Origin: Rotaria socialis
Lineage: Eukaryota
NCBI GenBank assembly: GCA_905331295.1
Contig: CAJNYD010000418.1
Location: 55,964 to 75,963, forward strand
Reading direction: 5' to 3'
DNA: 20,000 nucleotides
The position numbers and the translations under genes are program-made. A model generated the notes under the pieces. It was not told the origin of the DNA and ran no database searches. It saw only the letters and a list, made by a program, of their open reading frames with translations. Positions 10,611 to 20,000 of the stretch are shown here, piece by piece; the first letter of the stretch is position 1; every line of letters begins with the position of its first letter.

Positions 10611-11832
10611 CGTGTTTTGCTTCTATATGCACATAACAACACACTTTTGCATATATATATATGAAGTGAGATTTGTAATCTGAGATGAATACAATTACTT
10701 TTTTTTATTTTAAATCAACAGTGTATAAATCCTTTCTGATCACTGATCATCGTTGGGTTGATTGTAGAAACCAAACAAAAATTTAGTCAAATCAAATCAA
10801 ATCCGAACTAAGTTTTTGTAAAATAGTTGAAGCAAGTAATCATTGAAATAAAGAATCATTTTCAAAATTAATGTAATCCTTTGTATAATATTGTTATACA
10901 CTCGACGAAGGAAAGAAAATGTTTCTGACAATCATGCATGCAACTAAAGTATCAATAGTATACGTCAATGTACTCATCAAAACATATTACAACTCATATT
11001 TAGACGTTGTTTGCTTTTTGAAGTACACTACAAAGTCCTCTTGTTTTCATTTTACGCGAGTGTCTAAATAATAATGCAGTTCATAGATTCTATCATAGGT
11101 AAAAATTTAAGTGTTTATGACATGAAACAAAGGATGAAGTTTTTCATCTTTCATCTATTTTGATACAATGCTATTGAAGTTGGCCAAGGTCAATACAAGA
11201 CGCTTATTGAAGATAAATTCACATTCACAACTATACAAACAAACATATTTCTAACTCTAAAGAAACATATCTGAAAATATTCTAGAGCATGAATATGAAT
11301 CTTCTATTCAACTACATGCAGTTCGATGTTCGCATACATAATGATGATAGACAATATCCTGTTATTTAATTAAACTGTATTTTAATAACAGGTCGATGTG
11401 TTAGCTACTTTCTGACGAGTAGTGTACCGTAGAAATATTCTTGTAGAATGTGAACGAAAAACTAAATGCATTGTCAACTGCAACAAACAGAAACAAAAAG
11501 GTGATCGTTCAACCAATGAATGAATATGGTAGACAAGGTGAAAAAAGTTGCATTTAGAATACGTTAAAAGGATAAATTTTCTATTATGAGTTTGTTTTTT
11601 TACATACATAACAGCACAATACGTATGATAACTGCGAAATGTACGTATTGATTGACTTTAAGAAATGTCATTATTATTGAAAATGCGTTTTTTGACATAT
11701 TCTGCATAGTAACGTCCTGCCACTTTTAAACCAAGAAACTATTTTTCTCTCTTTCTTTTCATTTGTTGCACATAAACTAACATTCTCTACCAGTCATAAA
11801 CATATAATTTTCTGTTGAAACAACACAACGAT

Positions 11833-12173
11833 ATGGGCTGTGGCGGTTCATCTGTATCACCCAGTAAGAAGAAGCCGTGAGAGAATGAATATATTATTTT
11901 TATTCAACATTTGTGTTCAGGATCCATGAGGAAAGGACGAGGCTCACCACACAGAAAACACCATGAGTCCAAGGATGATTCAGATGGTGACAATGATGAC
12001 GACAACGATTTTAGTGGCGATAATGGTGGTGACGATGATGGTGGTGGCGGTGATTGTGATAGAGGTGATGGCGATAGAGGTGATTGTGGTAGAGGTGATG
12101 GCGATAGAGGTGATTGTGGTAGAGGTGATGGCGATATANCGGTGATTATGGTGGAGGTGGTGGAGGCGACTGA
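11833..12173 (+). CDS. Small Gly/Asp-rich protein with an N-terminal MGCGGSS lipidation motif and tandem RGD repeats (2 exons, gap at 12139)
   Basis: Exon 11833-11863 (MGCGGSSVSP), intron 11864-11920 (gtaaga...ttcag, 57 nt), and an in-frame exon from 11921 (RSMRKGRGSPHRKHHESKDDSDGDNDDD...). After the N the natural frame reads GDYGGGGGGD and ends at TGA 12171-12173. Confidence 0.7.
12049..12137 (+). repeat. Coding minisatellite with a 15-nt unit and 30-nt higher-order period (AGAGGTGATGGCGAT / AGAGGTGATTGTGGT)
   Basis: AGAGGTGAT occurs at 12061, 12076, 12091, 12106 and 12121. The array runs into the N at 12139. Confidence 0.9.
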
Positions 12174-12837
12174 GTGTAGATTTGTAGTGGGTCGAAGAGC
12201 AGTTCTCTTTTTTCTATCATGACATTTTTGCTACTTCTACAACTGACAATTTTATTCTACTGACGAATTCTTGAAATGCACATCATATTCGTTGTTTTGC
12301 ATATTTTTTTCAGAATATTCTTCATTATTCAATATAAAAGGTTTCCTAAAAGTATTTTGTTTAACAGTAATGCATGAAAATGGTGGATACTTTTGAAAAA
12401 CGTGCCTCGTTCTCATAAACACTACTAAATAAAATTTTCAAGGTGCATCTGAGTTGGTTGTGAACCAGATCACCGGTCATTTAAATCTGAATTGTATAGA
12501 AATCGGCATTATGGTTCATAATCAGTAAATAGTTTTGCTACTACTTATGAATTTAAGAAGCAGAAAAAGAAAAAAGATTATTGTTTTGTGTTTGACACCT
12601 TCTCTTGAAAATTATATACGTAGTCCAACAAAAATATATGATTTTGTTTTTATGTATCATACAATTAGTATGGTTTATTTGTTTAAATGACTTCCTTACA
12701 GTAACAAAACATCAAAATACCGTATAATAGAAAAATTAAAACGAATGAAACAAACAATTAAAGACGAAAATAAAAATATCCATCAATATCTTCGAGCACC
12801 CTATCCAAACAATATTCCTTAGAGTATGCATGTATTT

Positions 12838-14277
12838 TTATTGTTTCCTTTCATCTTCATTTCGTCTCTTGTATTCGATATGTACAAATCCCATCATAAG
12901 AATACAGCTACCAATGGCAGCAAGCACCAGTAAATTCATCCATTGGTACAAGCTTGGTGGAATAAGAAGTAGAATAAGCACTGCAATATTGGCAAACTGA
13001 ACCAAAACCGATGCAGATAGTGATTCAGGTAAAGGAAACATGATTTCAGCTAGAGCTTCATATACTAGTGGCGCGGCGGAACCTTGAAAGAGTCCAGCCA
13101 GTGTCACTGACACAATGACCGTAGTAACAGTGGGTTTTAAAATTGGTTCATCATAGAAAACAGTGCGAATCAACAAATCGAACCATACGAGAGCAATGAA
13201 AAAACCAATAGTCATGGTAATAATTAAAGATTTGAACGAACGACGAAAGTAGCGCGTATCGGCCAGAGTGCTCACACACAAACCACCTGTAATAGCGGCT
13301 AATGATGCACCGAAACCAAACCAACCTGACAAGAAAATAGTTCAAAAAGATTTTGCTGGTTATTCATTATCCTTACCTGATTGTCTTTCCGTGAAATTCT
13401 CCAGTGCTAGAATATTAGCAAAGAGACTTGTCCATGCCGAAAAAGCGCCACCTAAAAGACCTCCCACAGAACAAAGAAGTAGAAATGAGGGTGTGGTAAA
13501 ACACTGTCTAAGATTTTTCATGTATGTTTTCAATGAATCAATATTAGACTCGTGTATCGAACCGTCAATAAGCGACTGAGCAGCAGGTGACGGAGCTCTT
13601 GGTGGTTGTGCTGGAAAATATATCATTATCAGTACACAAGGAACCAAAGCAAGACTCAAGTGTATATACAGAAGTTGAGGAACACGTTCAGGTGTGTTCA
13701 CAATCCAAGGACTGATTAGAAAACCGATGGTTGAGCCGAAACTAGGCGCAACGATTGCGAACGTTGTGGCGCGAGTTCTCTCATTGGTTCCAAACCAAAT
13801 ACATGAGAGTTGCGAAACAGGTGCCATAACCAAAGGTCCACATGCAGCATTTAATATTTGTCCAACATGTATGAAGAAAAGGGAGACAGAAGTAAAATTA
13901 TCATTTGAAGGCGATACAATCATTGATGGCACAATGCGAAGTATTGTCGCCAGCAAATCTGTGATGGCAAGTATTATGACACATTTTCGAAGTCCATGTG
14001 GTTTGTTCAATAGAACGTAGGTTAATGGTAAACATGGAATGAAGATAATTGGTCCCCAGTTGAGAAGTAAATTAATAGTACTCTCTGTTATATGATAATA
14101 AGCTTGAGTACTCTGTGAGATTGGAGAAAATGTTAACCAGAAAAGGCATTGATTGAACGCAAGAAAACCAAAGACAAACAGAACATAAAAACGACGTCGA
14201 TATAATGGGAACGATATTGACGATAACGAAGGCGTAGATTGAATTAAGAGTGATACATCTGAGGATATCCGTGCCAT
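12838..14277 (-). CDS. MFS transporter, SLC49/FLVCR family (SLC49A4/DIRC2-like), 2 exons, about 462 aa
   Basis: Exons are 14277-13377 and 13325-12838, with a 51-nt intron 13376-13326 (gtaagg...ttgtcag); 1389 nt in frame. Motifs include LYRRRFYVLFVF..NQCLFWLTFSPI, LLLNWGPI, HVGQILNAACGP, LSCIWFGTNERTRAT, PPRAPS and PLVYEALAEIMFPLPES, plus many TM segments. Confidence 0.88.
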
Positions 14278-14489
14278 GCGGAATTGGAATATTCTAGAAT
14301 GATTTCAAGAAAATACACTAAAGTATATTGTTTTCATACAAGATAAAAATAAACTATTTAAAAATTGACTAGCATGCATAAAAAAATATGAACCACTACT
14401 ATACATGAGTTCATCAAACAGTATATTTAAAAGATTTGAATTTTCTCGATAATATTGAGAAACTACTTTAACAAAACTAATTTGATTAT

Positions 14490-14895
14490 ATGCGTTCCGA
14501 GAATATCCCCGGAAACTCGATTAAGTGCTAGGGAAAAAAACGCAGCAGATATAGCGATATATAGGTTATCGGGGGTCTTGGGGGTGGGGTGTCTGGGGGT
14601 CTCGGGGGTACCAGAGTTATAGGAGATATAGGAGATTGATAAACAACGAGCACGGCTCAAAAAATAAATATTGATATCAGTAATATTTGTCCAGAAGATT
14701 TTATTTTAGTTGAGTTACAATTAAATAAAATTAAGAGAAAAAAAATATATCTACTATAACTCTGGTACCCCCTAGACTCCAAGACTCCCCTCCACCTAGA
14801 CCCCCTATAACCTAGATATCTCTATATCTGTTATATCTGCTACGTTTTATTCCCTAACACTTAATCGAGTTTCCTGGGATATTCTCTGAACGCAT
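14490..14895. mobile_element. Foldback/MITE-like element of about 406 bp with imperfect terminal inverted repeats of about 140 bp
   Basis: The left arm 14490-14630 (atgcgttccgagaatatccccggaaactcgattaagtg...ggtaccagagttataggagatata) pairs with the right arm 14746-14895 (tatatctactataactctggtacc...cacttaatcgagtttcctgggatattctctgaacgcat). The spacer is AT-rich. No clear TSD. Confidence 0.85.
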
Positions 14896-15611
14896 CGTAT
14901 GCATGGCTGTTTTAGTGGGCGTATTTAGTCATCAACATTTCTAATTTCAGTTGTATAACTAGTGAACGTTTTTATGATTCAATTGAAAAAGTAAAAGGTT
15001 TACCTCGCTGAATTTAGATTTACTTATTGAAAGTGCATAATCACACTGAGAAATTTATTTTTGGTAGTTACGTTTTAGCTGAAAGAACAGTTCTAAGAGA
15101 AATCCTGATGTAAACGAATTTCAATTTTGTACGTAATCATCACTTCTTGGACGTATGACACAGATAGTAGACTTGAATATCATACAAAACTAATCAAAAG
15201 GAATCAGATAGCAGCCTATCTAAACTCAAGCTATGAACAGGAATTTTAGATGAAAATAATCCTAGTAAATTAATTCGTAAAATATTTCTTTATATCAGTA
15301 TTCAATCGATGTTATATTAATTGAATCCTCTCGTCTATTATAAGTTTCAATGCTGTGTTGAAATTTCTGTTTAACTAATTGATTATTCTTCAGCTGTCTA
15401 TTCTCATGGAATTAGGTGTTTGTAACGAAACCTTTTGAACAGATTCTTATATTCAGACTAGAAATTATCTATCAAATAACATTAACTGGGGGAAAAATTA
15501 TCACATATTTTGTAAACATATCATTTCAAAATCTAAGAGAATTAGTATTTTTTAGAGCCTACTCTAATTAAATACCGAAATTAAATGAAGTTTGCATCGT
15601 TATATTGCTTA

Positions 15612-15737
15612 GACCCCAAACAGACCAAAAAAATAAAACAGAATTAAGCAACGTGATTGGTTAATTCACACTTAAGTCATCTTTTTGAGACGATTTAGTG
15701 GTTAATTCTGTTTTATCTTTTTGGTCTGTTTGGGGTC
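15612..15737. mobile_element. 126-bp MITE with TIRs of about 36 bp and a TTA target-site duplication (PIF/Harbinger, Tourist-like)
   Basis: gaccccaaacagaccaaaaaaataaaacagaattaa (15612-15647) is the reverse complement of ttaattctgttttatctttttggtctgtttggggtc (15702-15737) with 1 mismatch. TTA flanks it at 15609-15611 and 15738-15740. Confidence 0.85.
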
Positions 15738-16738
15738 TTATTCTTATTGGTACAGTAAATGAGGACCAATCCAGTCTCTCAGTAGAACTGTTGCTAATCA
15801 AAATTTCTCTTAGTATCTATTGATCATTCAGAATGTAAGAATGGTTGAATAGAAACATTCATTACAAGAAAGATGATATCTATTACTTGAAACAATCGCA
15901 TAGATCATCTTGGACGAAAAAAATAAAAACATTTCTAGTGCATGTGAATCATCGTTATATTTCAACATGAGACTGCAGATAGAATAGAGCAATACATGGG
16001 AGCGCTATAGGATCACAACCATTGTTTATGTTCGTATATGACTGCGAGAAAATGGAAAGAACTATTGGCTAGCAATTCTACAACCACCAAGAGAGCAGAT
16101 TTAGTCAGTGTAGATGTCGTTCCCTGTACACTTACGAATATTTTGGCAAGATATGAAAACGAATCATGAAATAAGATATAGAAATCGATCAGTAAAGAAA
16201 TATTTTTGAGTGTTTAATACCACATTTCTATCTTCAAAGGAATTCGTATAAATTATATTCATATACAAATCGGCTGAGAGCAACTGACTTTTATGATCTT
16301 TTTTGCCAACATTCATGTAGTATTTTTAATATTTAGATGAGTATTTCGATTTATAAAATTCATTAGGCAATATAAAAATCAATTTATATATCACAGCTAA
16401 CATAAACGATACTTATTGAAATGTATTCTTTCCAGATTAGTCTTAGTTTGAAACCGTCTCATTGATTAATATATACCAATAGTTGCAATAATTTGCATCA
16501 ACATCATCAAAGATTCATCGTATGTTTAGAGGTCTTTTGCACTGTTTTTTTCTTTTATTTGAACACCATTCATCAACATCTAGAGTATGTTCAGGAGAGC
16601 AAATCGAACATGAATCGTTTTGTCTATCTAATTAGCAGAGACAACGGTTGTGGTCAAAATGAATCAGTCATAAATTGTGGTGATCATTTCTCTACTCAAC
16701 ATAATGGTATAGTTTTTATAAAATTATTGTTCTAGCTT

Positions 16739-17071
16739 CCCAGGTGAATCAATCCGATACCGAATCCCATCGGATTCTATGGGGTCCTACCATCCGACGA
16801 AATCCCGTTGGATTCCTGGTTGAAGAATCAATGTCGGATCCGACAGTCGTATTTCCAATCATATCCGATTGTCGGAACCAATAAAATCCGAAGCATTCCG
16901 GTTAATGTCGGATTTTATCAGTTTCCGATACTAGGATCCGATATCGATTCCGGAACCAGGAATCCGACGATAATCCAATAGTTTCCTTGCGCCTTCTGAA
17001 GAGCTCCGTCGGATTCCAATAGGAACCGATCGGAACTCATCGGATCCAAGGCTAGGATTCATTCTCCTGGG
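16739..17071. mobile_element. 333-bp non-autonomous DNA transposon with CCC...GGG ends, 17-bp TIRs and internal TCCGA/TCGGA motifs
   Basis: The left end cccaggtgaatcaatcc matches the reverse complement of the right end, cccaggagaatgaatcc (2 mismatches). The interior is GC-richer than the flanks and packed with atccga/tcggat-like motifs in both orientations. No TSD seen. Confidence 0.8.
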
Positions 17072-18176
17072 GACACATATTCCCCCTATATATACTCCTC
17101 TTTTTTCAATGATAAAGTTAGTTCCATCGTTATGGTACTCATTCGTTATTAACGTTAAGAAGGCACAGGGATCTCTAATAAATATACTATTCGATGCAAA
17201 AGTTTGATTCTTTACAAAGTGCCCTGTTAATTGTTTACTCACATTCTTCAGGACAACTTCTGAACGTTTGTACAGTTTCTAACTTACTATACAATTATTG
17301 AGCTCATATTTCGGATGTAGCAACTAGATTTTTTTTACAGAAGGATATGTATGGCAGTGATCAACATATAAACATTGAATATTTTTAAGCATGTTAAGTG
17401 CTTCAAATTCGGTCGACAAAAAAACGTGTCACAGCGTTATGTTTGGTTTTTGCATTTTTAATCTGAGCGAAAATAGTTTAGAAAAAATACTTTTTACTGC
17501 TTGAAATCCCATTCAATTTTCTACAAAAACGGTACCATAAACACTTCATTTGAAGAAATTATTTGGCAAGAAATTAGAGCTTTATAAGCAAACCTAGAAA
17601 AAAGGGTCCTTTTTTGTCAGTGTTACGCGATGATAAAACCTTTCTAGAAGCGCGAAAGTTCAGTCGAACTAGGCCACTCTTTCAACATTAATAGATTATG
17701 ATAAGCTGCGTCGAATGACGTTTGAACGACCTTATTAGCTCTTATACCTGTCGAGATAATTGCAAAACTATTTGTCAAAATATCACAGCATTATGTTTGA
17801 ACAAGCCGAGACATATTTAACGAAGAGAGAATATAAACTTCATTTTCATCACTAGGAGAGATAGATGAAATATCAGCACATGAATCTATCGACGATGATA
17901 GCGATGCATAGTTTTATTGAAATAATAAGAACATCAGCAACTATTACAATTATATTTTAAATATCTGTGCACTATTATCACTGTTATGATTAATTTATTA
18001 TTTTCTTTTGCTTTCTTACAAACTTGATTGGACCTTATACGGTCATCATACAAACACAAATATAACAATCTACTTACCATTCTATAGCGATATCTGAATA
18101 GTTTTAGTTTCTTTCACGTTCCCGAGAAAATGAAATTGCTGTTATTTTCGAACTAAAGTAAGTATATGCAAAAATT

Positions 18177-18514
18177 GCAGGGCGTGAAGGTATAGCCCTG
18201 CCCTGCCCTGTACAGGGCGGATCAATTTTTTAAAAATTCGCTCTGTGGACACCTCTGGAGTAAACCTTTCGATACTCTTTAGAGCTAATTTTCCAACGTC
18301 CATACTCATATTACTAGTAGGACCTCGTATATCCTATCGAATAGTATATTTCAATTAAGGCCCCCCCTCCCAGAGCCCGCGGGAAGGACCTAATATTGGG
18401 AGGGTGTAAGGGGGTGTTTGCAACAAAGTTCGCAAAAAAAAGCTCAAAACTTGCAAAAAATCTTCTCCTGTCGCTGAGAAAATTGAAAATTTTCAATTAT
18501 TGGGGGGTATATAC
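18177..18514. mobile_element. Probable repeat/TE fragment with (GCCCT)n/CAGGGC motifs and G/C runs, truncated at the N at 18515
   Basis: gcagggcgtg...gccctgccctgccctgtacagggcgg at 18177-18220 and a perfect 18-bp palindrome aattgaaaattttcaatt at 18481-18498. Composition is unlike the genic DNA. Confidence 0.45.
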
Positions 18515-18778
18515 NGTCTAAATATATGTTTTTATCAGAAATTTTCCTTAGTTAAAGGAATGTTATATTGGTCCACAAACTGTTAGATTTTATTTAATGA
18601 GAAACAGATATGCGTTCTGTTATATTAATTAATTAGTGGAACGTAATCATTTCTGTTTAAAGTCCTATATACATGACGAAATTGCCGTGTAGAGATCGTG
18701 ACAGTCATAGTGAAATAAAAAATTGTTTCATACAATTTGTTGATTGATTTTCTCAAAATCACTTTTTTGGTGAGTTCG

Positions 18779-19078
18779 GAACCGATTTCTCAGACTATAT
18801 AAGAGCTAGCGAGCTACTATTTTTTTTAAATAAAAGAAGAGACTTATATCTAGAAATATTCATAGCGTTTTTTGGAAATTCGATTTCTTTGCCGAGATAA
18901 CTGGATAGCACTGATGTGAAAAAGCACTAAATTTCGAGTTCTTGCAGTAGAATGTCTCGGATATCCCAATAAAATCGAATTTTCGAAAAAACAGTATGTA
19001 TATTTCTAGACATAGGTTTCTTCTTTTATTTAAAAAAAAGTAGGTCTCTACGTCTTTGGCAGTTCGAGAATCGGTACC
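18779..19078. repeat. Degenerate inverted repeat (arms about 105 bp, spacer about 85 bp), probably part of an old DNA-transposon derivative that extends to about 19275
   Basis: ctactattttttttaaataaaagaagagacttatatctagaaatattcata...tttggaaattcgattt (about 18814-18886) pairs with aaaatcgaattttcgaaaaaacagtatgtatatttctagacataggtttcttcttttatttaaaaaaaagtag (18971-19043). accgatttctc and gagaatcggt extend the arms. Confidence 0.75.
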
Positions 19079-19540
19079 TTACGAGAACCACAATTTTGGG
19101 GACTAATTTGTCAATAGCTCTTTGAAGCAAAAACTTTATGAGTCAAAAATTTGCAAGAAACTAAGTCAACATAACACACACATTGGCTGAAAATTTCATC
19201 CAGATCGGTCCACGAATAACGAAAAACGATTCCTGAGGGGGAGGGGGCTTAGCTAGACTTGAACCATTCTCCTGAAATTTCGAAAAATAGAAAAATCCTG
19301 AAATGCTTTATTTTTGTAAAATCCGGCCATAGTCACTTCGACCAATGTTCCAATTCGCGTACCTATGCTCCAAGTGGAACTCGACGAACTCTATTCAGTC
19401 ATGTTCAGATATTTTCCGTAACTCAAACTTAGACTTCACCGCTGATCAGATAATACTGAAGAAATCCCAGAAGATCCTACTTTGAGCTATGAAAAACCTG
19501 CCTGAATCATGGAATAGATCTACTCAAGTTGTGTTTCGAT

Positions 19541-19625
19541 TAGGGGTGGCACTTTATCTTTACTTTACCGGGTAAAGTAGAATGTGTATACTTTACCCGA
19601 ATAGTAAAGTAAAGTAAAGTAGTGA
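19541..19625 (+). mobile_element. End of a hAT-like non-autonomous element (TAGGG terminus with ACTTT/AAAGT subterminal repeats)
   Basis: taggggtggcactttatctttactttaccgggtaaagtag...ctttacccgaatagtaaagtaaagtaaagtag. The matching other end was not found in the window. Confidence 0.45.
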
Positions 19626-20000
19626 AAATTCCAAATTAATTTTTGATTTTTATCTCGCCGTTGGCGCATCGACAACTTCGCAAAAAATGAATCGATACTT
19701 AAAATCTTGTCTTTATTGTTAATTTGAGAATAAAAATTGAACAATTTGTAAAATAGATAGTTTGCATATACACATAAACTCGAAGTTTATCTAGATTCTA
19801 TATGCTAGAGAGAATATGTTTTATCGGTATTTTTGAATAAGGCTGAATTGTGGTGGTGAAAAGTGAGTATTAATAAAATTTACTGTGCATTCTCGTTGTT
19901 CGCCAACGTAAGTATAAAATATTAAAAGTAATATCATAGGCATGAGATTTTCTATGATTTTTAAAAGAGAAGTATCTGAAAACCTCGATCAGTACACTAA

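Noticed and set aside
11100..11610. Protein-like fragments (YNAIEVGQGQYKTLIEDKF...) and the 75-aa minus ORF
   Set aside because: They are short and broken by stops, with no family I can support; possibly TE debris.
12049..12137. CRISPR-like array
   Set aside because: It is a tandem coding minisatellite without unique spacers, in a eukaryotic context.
12140..12222. ORF-track C-terminus VIMVEVVEATECRFVV... and the Val/Met-rich ORF 11963-12145
   Set aside because: These are a frame artefact of the single-N gap and an alternate reading of the GGT-GAT repeat.
13151..14020. Overlapping ORFs 13151-13345, 13268-13579 and 13694-14020
   Set aside because: These are alternate-frame or antisense shadows of the MFS transporter.
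9285..14277. Functional cluster of depolymerase plus MFS transporter for monomer uptake
   Set aside because: Adjacency is the only evidence. The transporter is a typical SLC49-family protein, and a gene on the opposite strand lies between them.
14463..14660. Short ORFs at 14463-14660, 16493-16735 and 18314-18496
   Set aside because: They have non-ATG starts, lie within or beside repeat elements, and show no recognisable domains.
17394..17810. TE-like stretch with a repeated motif (tcacagcgttatgtttg at about 17429, tcacagcattatgtttg at about 17783)
   Set aside because: I could not define termini or a TSD, so it is too weak to call as a feature.

Overview
AT-rich eukaryotic genomic DNA with many short (about 45-80 nt) GT-AG introns and three single-N scaffold joins (6177, 12139, 18515). 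The style suggests a bdelloid rotifer assembly, but this is inference only. The left 14.3 kb is gene-dense. It holds a Ser-rich exon (478-1035) that can be spliced in frame onto a TMEM242-like exon (1299-1803). Only 88 nt later, directly behind a splice acceptor, a complete 19-exon ABCC10/MRP7 ABC transporter begins (1892-8257). Next come a secreted 3-exon PHB/PHA depolymerase-like serine hydrolase (minus, 10610-9285), a small 2-exon MGCGGSS-initiated Gly/Asp-rich protein with five tandem RGD motifs (11833-12173), and a 2-exon SLC49/DIRC2-like MFS transporter (minus, 14277-12838). The right 5.7 kb has no intact gene and is a patchwork of MITE-like inverted-repeat elements. Most interesting are the operon-like TMEM242-ABCC10 junction (candidate SL trans-splicing), the stop-codon/splice-donor switch at 1033-1040, the intron-containing microbial-type depolymerase and the RGD-repeat micro-protein. 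All calls were made by eye and from memory of protein families; no searches were run.
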